Counted from the stretch's first letter, positions 1 to 12,346 are shown. The stretch is DNA of 64,000 nt from Betaproteobacteria bacterium (GCA_009927815.1 RFMI01000093.1:678-64677), one strand, 5' to 3'. Notes: generated by a model not told the origin, from the letters alone. Translations and numbers: made by a program.

Positions 1-1
1 G

Positions 2-262
2 ATGCCAACGTCGCTTGTGCTGGCTGATTGGCTCGTGCTGGTGCTGCTGGGCGTGGTCATGTTCGCCATCAGCTTGATCATCCAATACGGCGTGGCGCGA
101 GTGCCGGCCAACACGGCGATCGTGGTCTTTTTGGTGGAGTTGGTGGCGGGTGCGATCTCATCAGCCTTGCTGTCGGACGAAGTCTTGACCACGCGTGAAT
201 GGCTGGGCGGGGCGATGATCGTGAGCGCCAGTCTGGTGGCGGCTGTGCGCGCGCGGTCTTAG
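2..262 (+). CDS. DMT/EamA-family transporter, C-terminal fragment (5' end outside window)
   Basis: The ORF is open to the window edge. Its 86-aa tail consists of hydrophobic helices typical of EamA-domain permeases. Confidence 0.45.
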   Translation: MPTSLVLADWLVLVLLGVVMFAISLIIQYGVARVPANTAIVVFLVELVAGAISSALLSDEVLTTREWLGGAMIVSASLVAAVRARS

Positions 263-909
263 TCGGTCAGCGACTTGAGCAGCACCAGCGCGGCGCCACC
301 ACCACCCTCGACGTTCGGCGCCTGACAAAAAGCCAGCACCTCGTCGCGTTGCATCAACCAGCTCCGCACCTTGCCCTTGAGCACCGGCTCTTTGTTTGGC
401 GAGCGCAGCCCTTTGCCATGGATGATGCGAACGCAGCGGAAACCGGCCTGCCGGCAGCGAGCCAGGAAACCGGCCAGTTCCAGCCGCGCCACCTCGCGCG
501 TCAGGCCGTGTAAATCGAGCTGCGCCTGGATCACCCAGTGGCCGCGTTTGAGCTTGCGCAGCGCGGCGGCAGTAACACCTGGGCGGGCAAATAGCAGTTC
601 TTCGCCGGTCTCGAGGTCTTCCGGTTCGTAGTCCGAGAGGCTGTCGGCCAACACCTGCTGCTCGTCGGCCAGGCGCTGCGCAGGCCAGGCCGGGACGGTA
701 GGGCGGGGTGGCTCGACGCGGTCGCTGGGCGGTAGCGGCGTGACATCAGTCACTGCCTTGCGAAACACATCGCGTTGAGCGGCCGCCGCCTGCGCCGCTG
801 CGGCGGCGCGGCGCTCCGCCGCAGCGCGATCGCGGGCCTGTGACTCCAGGGTGCGCTGAACGCCGGCCAAGGCCGCGGCGAGGGGGCTGTCGGCAGGTCG
901 TTTGCTCAC
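259..909 (-). CDS. Smr (MutS2-related) domain protein
   Basis: The C-terminal Smr-like block reads 'LDLHG...IIHGKGLRSP...LKGKV..WL'. The N-terminal part is low-complexity and Ala/Arg rich. Confidence 0.65.
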   Translation of the reverse strand: MSKRPADSPLAAALAGVQRTLESQARDRAAAERRAAAAAQAAAAQRDVFRKAVTDVTPLPPSDRVEPPRPTVPAWPAQRLADEQQVLADSLSDYEPEDLETGEELLFARPGVTAAALRKLKRGHWVIQAQLDLHGLTREVARLELAGFLARCRQAGFRCVRIIHGKGLRSPNKEPVLKGKVRSWLMQRDEVLAFCQAPNVEGGGGAALVLLKSLTD

Positions 910-950
910 GCCAGTGGCCTTGCAGGTCGTCGTCGTGGGAGTGAGCCGGT

Positions 951-1991
<1,041 letters not shown>

Positions 1992-2003
1992 TCAGAGGCT
2001 CGA

Positions 2004-2783
2004 TCAGCCGCGGTGGCCGGCATGTGAGTCTTGCAGATGCACCACCACGGGCGCGGGTGCGTCCGGCGCCCGGCTGAACAGTGCGACAAGGCCCGGCGCC
2101 AGCGTTTCCGGCAGCGGCAGTGCGTGGGTCTCGCCAAGGGCGTCGCCGGCCGAGTGGCTCTTCAGGCGGATTGGCGACTTCATCGGCCCCGGCACTACGG
2201 CGTGGACGCGGTGCGTCGGCCGGTGCGACCACTCGGCGTCCCACGACTCCGCCAGCGCGATCAAGCCTGCCTTGGCCACGCCGTAGGCGCCCCAGAAGGC
2301 CGCCGGCCGGGCGCCGTGCGTGTCGGAGACGAACACCACCGTTGCGGTGGACGCGGCTTGCAGCAACTCGCTGCAGGCGCGGGTGAGCAGGGCCGGCGCC
2401 ATCAGGTCGACGCGGAGTAGCGTGTTCCAGGTGTCGAGGTCTTGCTGGGCCATCGGCGTGAGCGTGCGGAATTGAGCAGCTGCATGGACGATGCCATCGA
2501 GCCGGCCAAGTTGTGACGCGATGCCCTCGGCGATGCGCTCGAAGCCGGTCTCGTCGGCGCGCGCCAGATCGAACGGAATGATCGACGGGTGCGCCCCGCC
2601 GGCCGCGACGATGTCGTCGTAGACCGACTCCAGCGGCTGCGTCTTGCGACCGAGCAGCACTACCGTAGCCCCGGCTGACGCCAGCGCCAGTGCGCTGGCG
2701 CGGCCAAAACCGGAGCCGGCGCCAGTGACCAGGACCACGTGGTCGCGCAAGTCTGGCAGGTGCAGGGGGTCAGACATCGGCAA
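2004..2783 (-). CDS. short-chain dehydrogenase/reductase (YciK-like)
   Basis: Contains the Rossmann motif 'TGAGSGFG' and the catalytic 'YGVAK' (Y-x3-K). About 259 aa. Confidence 0.7.
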   Translation of the reverse strand: MPMSDPLHLPDLRDHVVLVTGAGSGFGRASALALASAGATVVLLGRKTQPLESVYDDIVAAGGAHPSIIPFDLARADETGFERIAEGIASQLGRLDGIVHAAAQFRTLTPMAQQDLDTWNTLLRVDLMAPALLTRACSELLQAASTATVVFVSDTHGARPAAFWGAYGVAKAGLIALAESWDAEWSHRPTHRVHAVVPGPMKSPIRLKSHSAGDALGETHALPLPETLAPGLVALFSRAPDAPAPVVVHLQDSHAGHRG

Positions 2784-2840
2784 GGCTCCGCAAGGACAGC
2801 AATTAAGGGGCTGCGTGGGTAGGCAGTTCGGGTGCCACGC

Positions 2841-4157
2841 TCAAGCGGCAGCCGCGGCAATTCGGCGCGCGCATTCTACCCCGCTGCGCACCGCACCCTC
2901 GAGTGTGGCCGGGTAGGGGCCAGCGGTGTAGTCGCCAGCCAGCCAGACACCAGGCAGGCCGGTTGCATGACCGGGGCGGACCAGGTCAGGCGTGCAGGCG
3001 AAGGTGGCGCGCTTCTCGCAGATCAGCTGGCTGGCAAGCGCTGGCGGCCAATGCGGGAATCGCTGCGCCAATTGGCGGACGACGGCGTCGGCCTGTGCGT
3101 CTTGCCGGGCACTGGTGACAACGCTGAGCCGTCCTTCGCCATGGTCGAACAGCCATTCGCCAGGATTGCCATCCAACATGTGCATCGGTGGCTCAAGTTG
3201 CAATGCCTGCGGATAGCGCACGTGGACTGTGGTGATTGGCCGGTACTCGAAGGCATCAAGCGCTGAGCAGACGCTTTCGCTCTCGCCCGAGGGCGCTCCC
3301 GCTGCAGCGCCGGTTCGCAGCAGCGCTGTGACATGTTGCGGTGCGGTGGCAATCACCACCGCATCAAACCGCGCACCCGGGTACACGATCGGAGCCTCGC
3401 TCGTCAGCGATTCGGAAGCAGCGGTACCCAGCGCCAACTGCCATGCGCCGTCCGCAGGCTGCAGCGCGTGCACCCGAGCACCGTAGTGCACGTCGGCGCC
3501 GTGGCTCCGCAGCCAGTCGACCGCCGGCTCGGCCAGCACCTCGCCCAGCGGTACGCAGGGCAATTCGAGGCCAGCGTCGCGGCCCGCCGCGAACAGCCCG
3601 TCTACCAGGACGCGGGCGAGCACCCGCGCCGAGGCCTCGTGCACATCGGTGTTGAGCGCAGCGACGCAGAGCGGTGCCCATAGGGCCTCGACCAGCGCGT
3701 CGGGCTGGCCGGTGCGGCGCAGCCAGTCCAGCGCGACGCAGTCAGGCGTGTGGCTATTCGCCATTTGGCGAGCGGCAGGTGCCAGCCGCAGTAGGGCCAG
3801 TCGCGCGCGAAAATCGAGTCCGCGTGCGGTGATGACAGCCGCCAGTCCGCCCAGTCCGAAGGGCCATGCCGGCACCGTCATCTGCAAGCCCCCGGGGTGA
3901 TGCAGGCTCAAGGGCAGTCGGCGCAACACGGCTTCGCGCCGGACGCCAAGGGTTTGCATCAGGTCAAAGGTCTGGCGGTACGGGCCGATCAGCACGTGCT
4001 GGCCGTTGTCGACCGCGCCGAGACGCCCGTGCACGGTGCGGGCGCGTCCACCCGGCACGCGTGCGGCCTCGAACACCTGCACCGCCGCGCCGGCCTCCAC
4101 TAGACGCACGGCGCAGGCCAATCCCGCCCAGCCGGCGCCGATTACGGCGACGCGCAT
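2841..4157 (-). CDS. hpnE: FAD-dependent hydroxysqualene dehydroxylase-like oxidoreductase
   Basis: The N-terminus 'MRVAVIGAGWAGLACA' is a dinucleotide-binding motif, and the protein is amine-oxidase/phytoene-desaturase-like. It lies 17 nt downstream of hpnD. I trimmed the start from ORF 2841..4343 to this internal ATG. Confidence 0.7.
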   Translation of the reverse strand: MRVAVIGAGWAGLACAVRLVEAGAAVQVFEAARVPGGRARTVHGRLGAVDNGQHVLIGPYRQTFDLMQTLGVRREAVLRRLPLSLHHPGGLQMTVPAWPFGLGGLAAVITARGLDFRARLALLRLAPAARQMANSHTPDCVALDWLRRTGQPDALVEALWAPLCVAALNTDVHEASARVLARVLVDGLFAAGRDAGLELPCVPLGEVLAEPAVDWLRSHGADVHYGARVHALQPADGAWQLALGTAASESLTSEAPIVYPGARFDAVVIATAPQHVTALLRTGAAAGAPSGESESVCSALDAFEYRPITTVHVRYPQALQLEPPMHMLDGNPGEWLFDHGEGRLSVVTSARQDAQADAVVRQLAQRFPHWPPALASQLICEKRATFACTPDLVRPGHATGLPGVWLAGDYTAGPYPATLEGAVRSGVECARRIAAAAA

Positions 4158-4174
4158 TCGTGTCAGCGCCGGCT

Positions 4175-5014
4175 TCACAGACGTCCGGTCAGCGCCACCT
4201 GCAAGCCGATCAGCGCTTTGCGCAACGGTGGCAAGCTGGTCTTTTCGCGGAGTACGCGGCTGCCGCTCGTCGCGATCTCTTCGAGCAAGGTGCGATACAC
4301 CGCCGCCATGACCAGGCCGGGTCTTTGCGATCGGCGATCGCAATCTGGCAGCACGGCCAGGGCTTCGGTGAAGGTGCTGCGTGCGCGCGTGATTTGCATC
4401 GCCATCAGGGCCGCAAAGCCGGGCGATTCGCGCCGTGCCAGCACATCGCCGGGCAGCACGCCGTGTGCGCGCAATTCATCGGCTGGCAGGTAGATGCGGC
4501 CCCGCATGGCGTCCTCGCCGACGTCGCGGACGATGTTGGTGAGCTGCAAGGCGAGGCCGAGGCGAGCTGCGTAAGTCTCGGTGCTGGCATCGCGATAGCC
4601 GAAGATGCGCGCCGAGAGCAGACCCACCACCCCGGCGACACGGTGGCAATACAGCCGCAAGGCCTCGAAGTCGGCGAATCCACCGTGTTGCAGGTCCATC
4701 GCCATGCCATCAAGGATGGCCTCGAAGTGCTCGCGTGGCAGCGTGTAGTCGCGCACCGCTGGCAGCAGTGCGCGCGTCACCGGATGTCGCGGCGCGCCTT
4801 CATACAGCCGCCCGACCTCGTCGCGCCACCAGGCCAGCACGGTGTAGGCCGGCACCGGATCGGTGATGTCGTCGACCACGTCGTCCACCGCACGGCAGAA
4901 GGCGTATAGCGCGGTCATGGCGCGGCGCCGAGGTTCGGGCAGAAGGCGGAAGCTCAGCGTGAAACTGGAGCCCGCCTTGCGGCAGACCTCGGCGCAATAC
5001 TGGTCCGGACTCAC
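4175..5014 (-). CDS. hpnD: presqualene diphosphate synthase (squalene/phytoene synthase family)
   Basis: Contains the Asp-rich motifs 'AVDDVVDD' and 'VRDVGED..GRIYLP'. The upstream part of the ATG-started ORF overlaps hpnC by 280 nt. An in-frame GTG at 5014 overlaps the hpnC stop (GTGA) and gives about 279 aa. Confidence 0.75.
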   Translation of the reverse strand: MSPDQYCAEVCRKAGSSFTLSFRLLPEPRRRAMTALYAFCRAVDDVVDDITDPVPAYTVLAWWRDEVGRLYEGAPRHPVTRALLPAVRDYTLPREHFEAILDGMAMDLQHGGFADFEALRLYCHRVAGVVGLLSARIFGYRDASTETYAARLGLALQLTNIVRDVGEDAMRGRIYLPADELRAHGVLPGDVLARRESPGFAALMAMQITRARSTFTEALAVLPDCDRRSQRPGLVMAAVYRTLLEEIATSGSRVLREKTSLPPLRKALIGLQVALTGRL

Positions 5015-5865
5015 TGGCAGCCCCCGCCGGCTGGCTCGGCGAATAGCGAGCCCAGCCCCGGGAACAGTGCTCGCGGCAGGTTGCGCGCGATGTCCTGCCA
5101 GCCGACCACCGGCCGTTGCGTCAGCACATCGCCTCCGGCCGCGTGAATCTTGCGCAACACGGCCTCGCCACCCAGCACGATCAGCCGGATCTCGAGTCCC
5201 AGTCGCCCCGGCAGCGCCCGTCCCAGCGGTGCGCCGGCTTGTAGTAGACGGCGTGCGCGGTCGGTCTCGAAGGCCATGAGCGCCCGCCATTGCGGGGATG
5301 CCCGGCGCGCGGCGATGTCAGCCTCGCTCACACCGAAGCGCGCGAGTTCGTCTTGCGGCAGGTAGACGCGGCCTTTGTCCCAGTCCACCGTCACGTCCTG
5401 CCAAAAATTGATCAGCTGCAGGGCGGTGCAGATGCCGTCTGAGTACGCGAGGTTGCGCGGGGTGGCCGCGCCGAACAGGTGCAGCAGGATACGGCCCACC
5501 GGATTCGCCGAGCGGCGGCAGTAGTCGGCGAGTTCGGCGTAGCCAGCGTAGCGGGTCACGCGCACATCCTGCTCGAACGCGCTCAGCAGGTCGGTGAACA
5601 GCTCGAGCGGCAACTGATGGCGACGGATTACATCGGCGAGGGGCGCGAAGATCGCGTGGTCAGGCGTCTCGCCGCGACCAATGGCGGCCAGCATCTGGCG
5701 GTACTCGCCAAGCTGCGCCATGCGTTCGCCAGCGCTTGCGTCGCCCTCGTCGGCAAAGTCGTCGGCGCTGCGTGCGAAGTGGTAGATCCAGCGCACTGGC
5801 TCGCGCAGGCGACGCGGCAATGCGAGCGAGGCCACGGGGAAGTTCTCGTAATGATCGACCTGCAT
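5011..5865 (-). CDS. hpnC: hydroxysqualene synthase (squalene synthase family)
   Basis: Starts 'MQVDHYENFPVAS' and contains 'SADDFADE' and 'FWQDV..D...GRVYLP'. I set the start at the internal ATG 5865, because the longer ORF runs antisense through tRNA-Leu. Confidence 0.75.
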   Translation of the reverse strand: MQVDHYENFPVASLALPRRLREPVRWIYHFARSADDFADEGDASAGERMAQLGEYRQMLAAIGRGETPDHAIFAPLADVIRRHQLPLELFTDLLSAFEQDVRVTRYAGYAELADYCRRSANPVGRILLHLFGAATPRNLAYSDGICTALQLINFWQDVTVDWDKGRVYLPQDELARFGVSEADIAARRASPQWRALMAFETDRARRLLQAGAPLGRALPGRLGLEIRLIVLGGEAVLRKIHAAGGDVLTQRPVVGWQDIARNLPRALFPGLGSLFAEPAGGGCQ

Positions 5866-5953
5866 GCGGGAGCGGCTCGCGTCGGGAGCGCGTAGTTTAC
5901 ACTCGAGGGCGCAGCGGCTCGGCTGCCGGCTCAGGTCGGCGATGACCGTCGGC

Positions 5954-6040
5954 GCGACCGTGGCGAAATTGGTAGACGCAACAGGTTTAGGTCCTGTCGG
6001 GGGCAACCCTGTGGAGGTTCGAGTCCTCTCGGTCGCACCA
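5954..6040 (+). tRNA. tRNA-Leu (anticodon UAG), long variable arm, encoded CCA
   Basis: The acceptor stem pairs GCGACCG with CGGTCGC. The anticodon loop TTTAGGT sits between ACAGG and CCTGT. The T-loop GGTTCGAGTCC is present. 87 nt. Confidence 0.9.
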
Positions 6041-6144
6041 GTGCCCATCAGATCTCGCAGCCTGATCCGGAAATTCACCGGGGGCTGCGTATAATGTCGG
6101 GTTCTACATCATATTCGCGGCCTGACCGCGCAAACGAGACAGCC

Positions 6145-7449
6145 ATGGCAGCAAACATCGAAACCCTCCAGGGCCTGCAACGCAAGGCTAGCCTGGCCAT
6201 CCCTCTGGCCACCATCGAAGCCGAAGCGGCACGGCGGCTCAAGGACCTTTCCCGCACCGTCAACATCAAGGGTTTCCGCAAGGGCAAAGCGCCGGTCAAG
6301 CTGGTCGATCAGCAGTACGGCCAGCAAGTCCGTCAGGAGGTGGTGGGCGACCAGCTGCGCGAGGTTTTCACCGAAGCCGCACTGACCCACAAGCTGCGCA
6401 TCGCCGGCAACCCGCGCTTCGAGCCGAAGGCGGGCGATGGTCAGACCGATCTGCTGTTCGACGCGCATTTCGAGGTGTATCCCGACATTCAGCTGGGCGA
6501 CATCAAGACTTGGTCGCTGGAGCGCCAGACGCTCGAGGTGACCGAGAAGCACGTCGACAAGACGCTCGAAATCCTCCGCAAGCAGCGCACCACGTACAAG
6601 ACCGCCAAGCGCGCCGCCAAGGCCGATGACCGCGTCACTGTCGACTTCGAGTCGACCCTCGACGGCCAGCCGATGGCCGGTGGTCAGGGCGCCGATTTCC
6701 CCTTCGTGCTCGGCGCCGGCCAGATGCTGCCCGATTTCGAGGCGGCGGTGACTGGCAAGGCGGCCAAGGAGGCGGTCGAGTTCGACCTCACGTTCCCGAC
6801 CGATTACCGCGCCACCGATGTCGCCGGTAAGACGGCGCAATTCAAGGTTACGGTGAAGTTGGTGGAGTCGCCGGTGCTGCCGAAGATCGACGAGGACTTC
6901 GCCCGCGCGCTTGGCGTCGACAGTGGTGATGTTGAGGAGCTGCGTCGCGAACTGCGCGCCAATGTTGAGCGCGAGGTCGCCCGCCGCTTGCAGTCGAAAG
7001 CCAAGAACTCGGTGATGGAGGCCCTGCGCGATTTGCCGGACGTCGACCTGCCGAAGAACCTGGTCGACACCGAGATTCGTCGCTTGATGCAGATCACCCG
7101 TGCCGACCTCGAATCCAAGGGCATCCCCAATGCCAAGGACGTGCCGCTGGCGCCGGAGATCTTCGTCGAGGAGGCTCAGGCCCGCGTCAAGCTCGGTCTG
7201 CTGGTTGGCGAAATCGCTCGCCTCAACCAGCTGCAGCCGTCGCCGGAAAAAGTGCGCGACCTGGTCATCCAGCAAGCCACCAGCTACGAGAACCCGGCCG
7301 AGATGGTGCAGTGGTTCTACGCCGACCCGCGCCGCCTGCAAGAAGTCCAAGCGGTGGTGCTGGAGGACGAGGTGGTCGAGTGGGTGTTCGCCCAAGGCAA
7401 GCCCAAGACCAGCAAGATCGCCTTCGAAGAACTCATGGACATCGCCTGA
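6145..7449 (+). CDS. tig: trigger factor
   Basis: Starts '[14 protein letters not shown]..', has an FKBP-type central domain and sits immediately upstream of clpP-clpX. I chose the internal ATG 6145 as the start. Confidence 0.9.
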   Translation: MAANIETLQGLQRKASLAIPLATIEAEAARRLKDLSRTVNIKGFRKGKAPVKLVDQQYGQQVRQEVVGDQLREVFTEAALTHKLRIAGNPRFEPKAGDGQTDLLFDAHFEVYPDIQLGDIKTWSLERQTLEVTEKHVDKTLEILRKQRTTYKTAKRAAKADDRVTVDFESTLDGQPMAGGQGADFPFVLGAGQMLPDFEAAVTGKAAKEAVEFDLTFPTDYRATDVAGKTAQFKVTVKLVESPVLPKIDEDFARALGVDSGDVEELRRELRANVEREVARRLQSKAKNSVMEALRDLPDVDLPKNLVDTEIRRLMQITRADLESKGIPNAKDVPLAPEIFVEEAQARVKLGLLVGEIARLNQLQPSPEKVRDLVIQQATSYENPAEMVQWFYADPRRLQEVQAVVLEDEVVEWVFAQGKPKTSKIAFEELMDIA

Positions 7450-7516
7450 TGATGCACTTTCCGAACGGATACCCCGACGCCACTGCCGGCGCCATGACCG
7501 AACCGCAAACCTCGGC

Positions 7517-8107
<591 letters not shown>

Positions 8108-8132
8108 GCGCCTTGGCGTACACTCACCGGCA

Positions 8133-9392
8133 ATGAGCGACAAGACCAGTAGCGACAAGCCTTTGTACTGCTCCTTCTGCGGCAAGGGGCAGCACGATGT
8201 TCGCAAGCTGATCGCCGGACCGTCGGTGTTCATCTGCGACGAGTGCATCGAGCTGTGCAACGACATCATCCGCGAGGAGGTCGGCGACGGTGATGAGGCG
8301 TCGACCCGAGATGGCCTGCCGACGCCGCATGAGGTGCGCGACATCCTTGATCAATACGTGATCGGTCAGTCGTCGGCCAAAAAAATCCTCTCGGTGGCGG
8401 TCTACAACCACTACAAACGTATCCGCAGTGGCAGCCGCCGCGACGACGTTGATCTGTCCAAGAGCAACATTCTGCTTATCGGCCCGACCGGTTCGGGCAA
8501 GACCTTGTTCGCGCAAACCCTGGCTCGTCTGCTTAACGTGCCATTTGTGATGGCCGATGCGACCACCCTCACCGAGGCTGGTTATGTCGGCGAGGACGTC
8601 GAGAACATCATCCAGAAGCTGCTGCAGAAGTGCGACTACGACGTCGAGCGGGCCCAGCAGGGCATCGTCTACATCGACGAGATCGACAAGATCTCTCGCA
8701 AGAGCGATAACCCGTCAATCACCCGCGACGTGTCTGGCGAAGGCGTCCAGCAGGCCTTGCTCAAGTTGATCGAGGGCACTACGGCATCGGTGCCGCCTCA
8801 GGGTGGGCGCAAGCACCCCAATCAAGAGTTCGTGCAGGTCGACACCACCAATATTTTGTTCATTTGCGGCGGCGCCTTCGACGGCCTCGACAAGGTCATT
8901 CGCAACCGCTCGGAGCGCGGCGGCATTGGTTTTGGTGCCGACGTGCGCAGCAAGGATTCCAGCCGCGAGATCAGCAGCTTGCTGAGCGAAGTCGAGCCGG
9001 AAGACCTCATCAAGTACGGGCTGATCCCCGAATTCATCGGGCGCCTGCCAGTCACGGCGACGCTCGAGGAGTTGGACGAGGCGGCGCTGGTGCGCATCCT
9101 CACCGAGCCCAAGAACGCGCTGGTCAAGCAGTTCCAAGCCTTGTTCGCCATGGAAGGCGTGCAACTCGAAGTGCGTGAAGATGCGCTGCAGGCCATCGCC
9201 GCGAAAGCGCTGGCGCGCAAGACCGGCGCCCGCGGGCTGCGTTCGATCCTTGAGCAGGCCTTGCTTGAGACCATGTTCGACCTGCCCTCGCTGAGCCATG
9301 TCGAGTCGGTGGTGGTCGATGCCGGCGTCATCAGTTCGGGCAATCGGCCACTCGTCGTCTATGCCGAACAGGCCGCTGCTGGGAGCGCGTAA
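8133..9392 (+). CDS. clpX: ATP-dependent Clp protease ATP-binding subunit ClpX
   Basis: Has an N-terminal C4 zinc finger (CSFCGK...CDEC) and the Walker A motif 'GPTGSGKT'. 419 aa. Confidence 0.95.
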   Translation: MSDKTSSDKPLYCSFCGKGQHDVRKLIAGPSVFICDECIELCNDIIREEVGDGDEASTRDGLPTPHEVRDILDQYVIGQSSAKKILSVAVYNHYKRIRSGSRRDDVDLSKSNILLIGPTGSGKTLFAQTLARLLNVPFVMADATTLTEAGYVGEDVENIIQKLLQKCDYDVERAQQGIVYIDEIDKISRKSDNPSITRDVSGEGVQQALLKLIEGTTASVPPQGGRKHPNQEFVQVDTTNILFICGGAFDGLDKVIRNRSERGGIGFGADVRSKDSSREISSLLSEVEPEDLIKYGLIPEFIGRLPVTATLEELDEAALVRILTEPKNALVKQFQALFAMEGVQLEVREDALQAIAAKALARKTGARGLRSILEQALLETMFDLPSLSHVESVVVDAGVISSGNRPLVVYAEQAAAGSA

Positions 9393-9482
9393 TCCGGCTG
9401 TCTTGAGTTTTTGCTTGAGCGCCTCCATCTGTCGCAGTAATCTGCGCTAGAACCCGCGCCAAACGGCCAATAAGGAACCCCG

Positions 9483-11896
9483 ATGACCGATTCGACCCCC
9501 ACCACTGGCGACACCGTGGATTTGTCGCTGCTGCCGCTGCGCGACGTCGTGGTCTTTCCGCACATGGTCATCCCGCTGTTTGTTGGGCGACCCAAGTCGA
9601 TTAAAGCGCTCGAGCTGGCGATGGACGCCGGTAAGAGCATCCTGCTGGTGGCGCAGAAGTCCGCCGCCAAGGACGAGCCCGCCACCGACGACCTCTACGC
9701 TGTCGGCACGGTCGCCAGCATCTTGCAGATGCTGAAGCTGCCCGATGGCACGGTGAAGGTGTTGGTGGAGGGTGGCCAGCGCGCGCAAGTTCTGGACGTG
9801 CGCGACGAAAAGACGCATTTCAGCGGTCGCGCCGAGTTGATCGGCGACCTCAACGCCGAGACCCATGAGGTTGAGGCGATGCGCCGCGCCATGCTGGCGC
9901 AGTTTGACCAATACGTGAAGCTCAACAAGAAGATTCCGCCCGAGGTGCTGACCTCGGTCGCGGGCATCGATGAAGCCGGGCGTCTGGCCGACATGATTGC
10001 CGCCCACCTGCCGCTCAAGCTCGAGCAGAAGCAGGACGTGCTCGACATTTTTGACGTGCGCCAGCGGCTCGAACACCTGCTCGGTCTGCTCGAGGCCGAG
10101 ATCGACATCCTGCAAGTCGAGAAGCGCATCCGTGGCCGCGTCAAGCGGCAGATGGAGAAGTCGCAGCGCGAGTACTACCTCAACGAGCAGGTCAAGGCGA
10201 TCCAAAAAGAGCTCGGTGAGCTGGAAGAGGGCAGCGACCTCGACGAGTTGGAGCGCAAGCTGCGCACCTCGGGCATGTCGAAGGAGGCGTTGGCCAAGGC
10301 TGAAGCCGAACTCAAAAAGCTCAAGATGATGTCGCCGATGTCGGCTGAAGCCACTGTCGTGCGCAACTACATCGAACGCTCATCGGCCTGCCGTGGAAGA
10401 AGAAGTCGAAGATCAGCAAGGACCTGGCGGCTGCCGGCAAGGTTCTGGAGACCGATCACCACGGTCTCGAGAAGGTTAAGGAACGCATCCTCGAATATCT
10501 CGCGGTGCAGCAGCGGGTCGACAAGGTCAAGGCGCCTATCCTCTGTCTGGTCGGGCCTCCGGGCGTCGGCAAGACTTCGCTCGGCCAGTCGATTGCCCGC
10601 GCCACCAATCGCAAATTCGTGCGCATGGCGCTTGGCGGCGTGCGCGACGAGGCCGAGATCCGTGGCCACCGTCGCACCTACATCGGCTCAATGCCGGGCA
10701 AGATCCTGCAGAACATGAGCAAGGTCGGCGTCAAGAACCCCTTGTTCCTGCTCGACGAGGTCGACAAGATGGGTCAGGACTTCCGCGGCGATCCTTCGTC
10801 GGCTTTGCTGGAAGTGCTTGATCCGGAACAGAACTCAAGCTTCGCCGATCATTACATCGAGGTTGATTACGACCTGTCCGACGTGATGTTCGTGGCTACC
10901 GCCAACACGCTCGATATTCCGGCGCCACTGCTCGACCGGATGGAGGTGATTCGCCTGTCGGGTTACACCGAGGACGAAAAGGTCGGTATCGCCCTACGCT
11001 ATTTGGTGCCCAAGCAGATGAAGAACCACGGCCTCAAGGCCGAGGAAGTCAACATCGGCGAAGCCGCGATCCGCGAAATGATCCAGTTCTACACGCGCGA
11101 GGCTGGCGTGCGCTCGCTGGAGCGTGAGCTGGCCAAGATCTGCCGCAAGGTCGTGAAGGACTTGCTGCTGAAGAAATCGACCGGCCGCGTCTCGGTGACG
11201 CCGCGATCCATCCACAAGTACCTCGGCGTGCGGCGTTATCAGATTGGCCTTGCTGAGAAGCACAACCAAGTCGGGCAAGTCACTGGCTTGGCGTGGACCG
11301 AGGTCGGCGGCGAGCTCCTCACCATCGAGGCCGTGACCATGCCTGGCAAGGGCAATGTGGTGACCACCGGCAAGCTGGGCGAGGTGATGCAGGAATCGAT
11401 GAAGGCGGCGATGACCGTGGTGCGTGCGCGTTCCGACAAGCTTGGCATCAAGCCGGACTTCTATCAGAACAGTGACGTCCACATCCACGTGCCGGAAGGC
11501 GCCACGCCGAAAGACGGCCCGAGTGCCGGCATCGCCATCGTCACTGCGCTGACCTCGATGCTGACTGGTATCCCGGTGCGTGCCGACGTGGCCATGACCG
11601 GCGAGATTACGCTGCGCGGCGAGGTGCTGGCGATCGGCGGTCTCAAGGAAAAGCTGTTAGCGGCGCATCGTGCGGGCATCAAGACCGTGTTGATCCCTCA
11701 GGAAAACGTCAAAGACCTCAGTGAGATTCCCGACAATGTGAAGAGTCGTCTGGACATTAAGGCGGTGAAGTGGATCGACGAGGTCCTGGCGACGGCTTTG
11801 GAACGGTTGCCAGAGCCTCCAGCGGAATTGGTCGAGGTGCCGCCTCTGGCGGTGCCCTTGGCCGAGGGAGCGCCCGCTCCGGTCGTCAAACACTAG
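9483..11896 (+). pseudogene. lon: Lon protease, reading frame interrupted by a 1-nt deletion near 10377-10379 (true pseudogene or consensus error)
   Basis: ORF 9483.. carries the LON N-domain. ORF 10505.. carries the Walker A 'GPPGVGKTS' and the catalytic Ser motif 'PKDGPSAG'. Canonical sequence continues in the -1 frame from 10379 ([11 protein letters not shown]...). The span is 2414 nt, one short of 805 codons. Confidence 0.9.
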
Positions 11897-11937
11897 CTCT
11901 TAGACTCAGTTTTTGCGGTTGTAATTATGTCACGCGG

Positions 11938-11967
11938 TTGACACGCCTTTTTACGGCTTGCTATACA
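11938..11967 (+). promoter_or_regulatory. candidate sigma70 promoter for hupB
   Basis: TTGACA (11938-43), an 18-nt spacer, then TATACA (11962-67), within an AT-richer intergenic region about 95 nt upstream of hupB. Confidence 0.35.
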
Positions 11968-12061
11968 GGCATACGGACTTTGTACTTCGCAGCACCTGGC
12001 AGTAACAACTCCAGCGGAAATCGTTGTAGTCAACAAAAATCTGACAAAGAAGGGGACTCAG

Positions 12062-12334
12062 TTGAACAAATCGGATCTGATCGATGCAATCGCCGCGGAA
12101 GCGGATATCTCCAAGGCTTCAGCCGGACGCGCACTTGACGCCGTCGTGGCGGCTGTTGCGCACGCGTTGAAGGGTGGCGACACTGTCAGCCTGGTCGGTT
12201 TCGGCACCTTCTACGCGTCGGAGCGCGCTGCCCGCACCGGCCGCAACCCGCGCACCGGCGCCGAAATCAAGATCAAGGCGACCAAGGTGCCGAAGTTCCG
12301 CCCTGGCAAGGCGCTGAAGGATGGTGTAAACTAA
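12062..12334 (+). CDS. hupB: DNA-binding protein HU-beta
   Basis: A 90-aa protein reading '[11 protein letters not shown]...GFGTF....[14 protein letters not shown]......[10 protein letters not shown]'. It uses a TTG start with a GAAGGGGA ribosome-binding site upstream and sits in the canonical position after lon. Confidence 0.9.
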   Translation: MNKSDLIDAIAAEADISKASAGRALDAVVAAVAHALKGGDTVSLVGFGTFYASERAARTGRNPRTGAEIKIKATKVPKFRPGKALKDGVN

Positions 12335-12346
12335 AGGGCTTAGGTC

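Noticed and set aside
3866-4909. A 347-aa Arg-rich ORF antisense to hpnE and hpnD. ORFs 19712..21007, 31953..33131 and 45413..46528 are similar.
   Set aside because: They are Arg/Ala/Gly/Pro-rich translations of the opposite strand of real genes. None has a start context or a motif.
5866-6078. An N-terminal extension of the hpnC ORF (71 extra codons)
   Set aside because: The extension runs antisense straight through tRNA-Leu (5954-6040). The conserved HpnC N-terminus MQVDHYENFPVAS begins at the internal ATG 5865.
7100-7516. The long ORF 7100..8107, suggesting a ClpP with an N-terminal extension of about 140 aa
   Set aside because: The extension lies inside the tig coding region in another frame and is Arg/Ser-rich nonsense. 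ClpP homology begins only near 7508.
10505-11896. The second Lon ORF treated as an independent short Lon-like gene starting at GTG 10505
   Set aside because: Canonical Lon sequence continues uninterrupted upstream of 10505 in the same frame, back to 10379. The N-domain ORF ends in nonsense. A single gene with a frameshift is the simpler reading.
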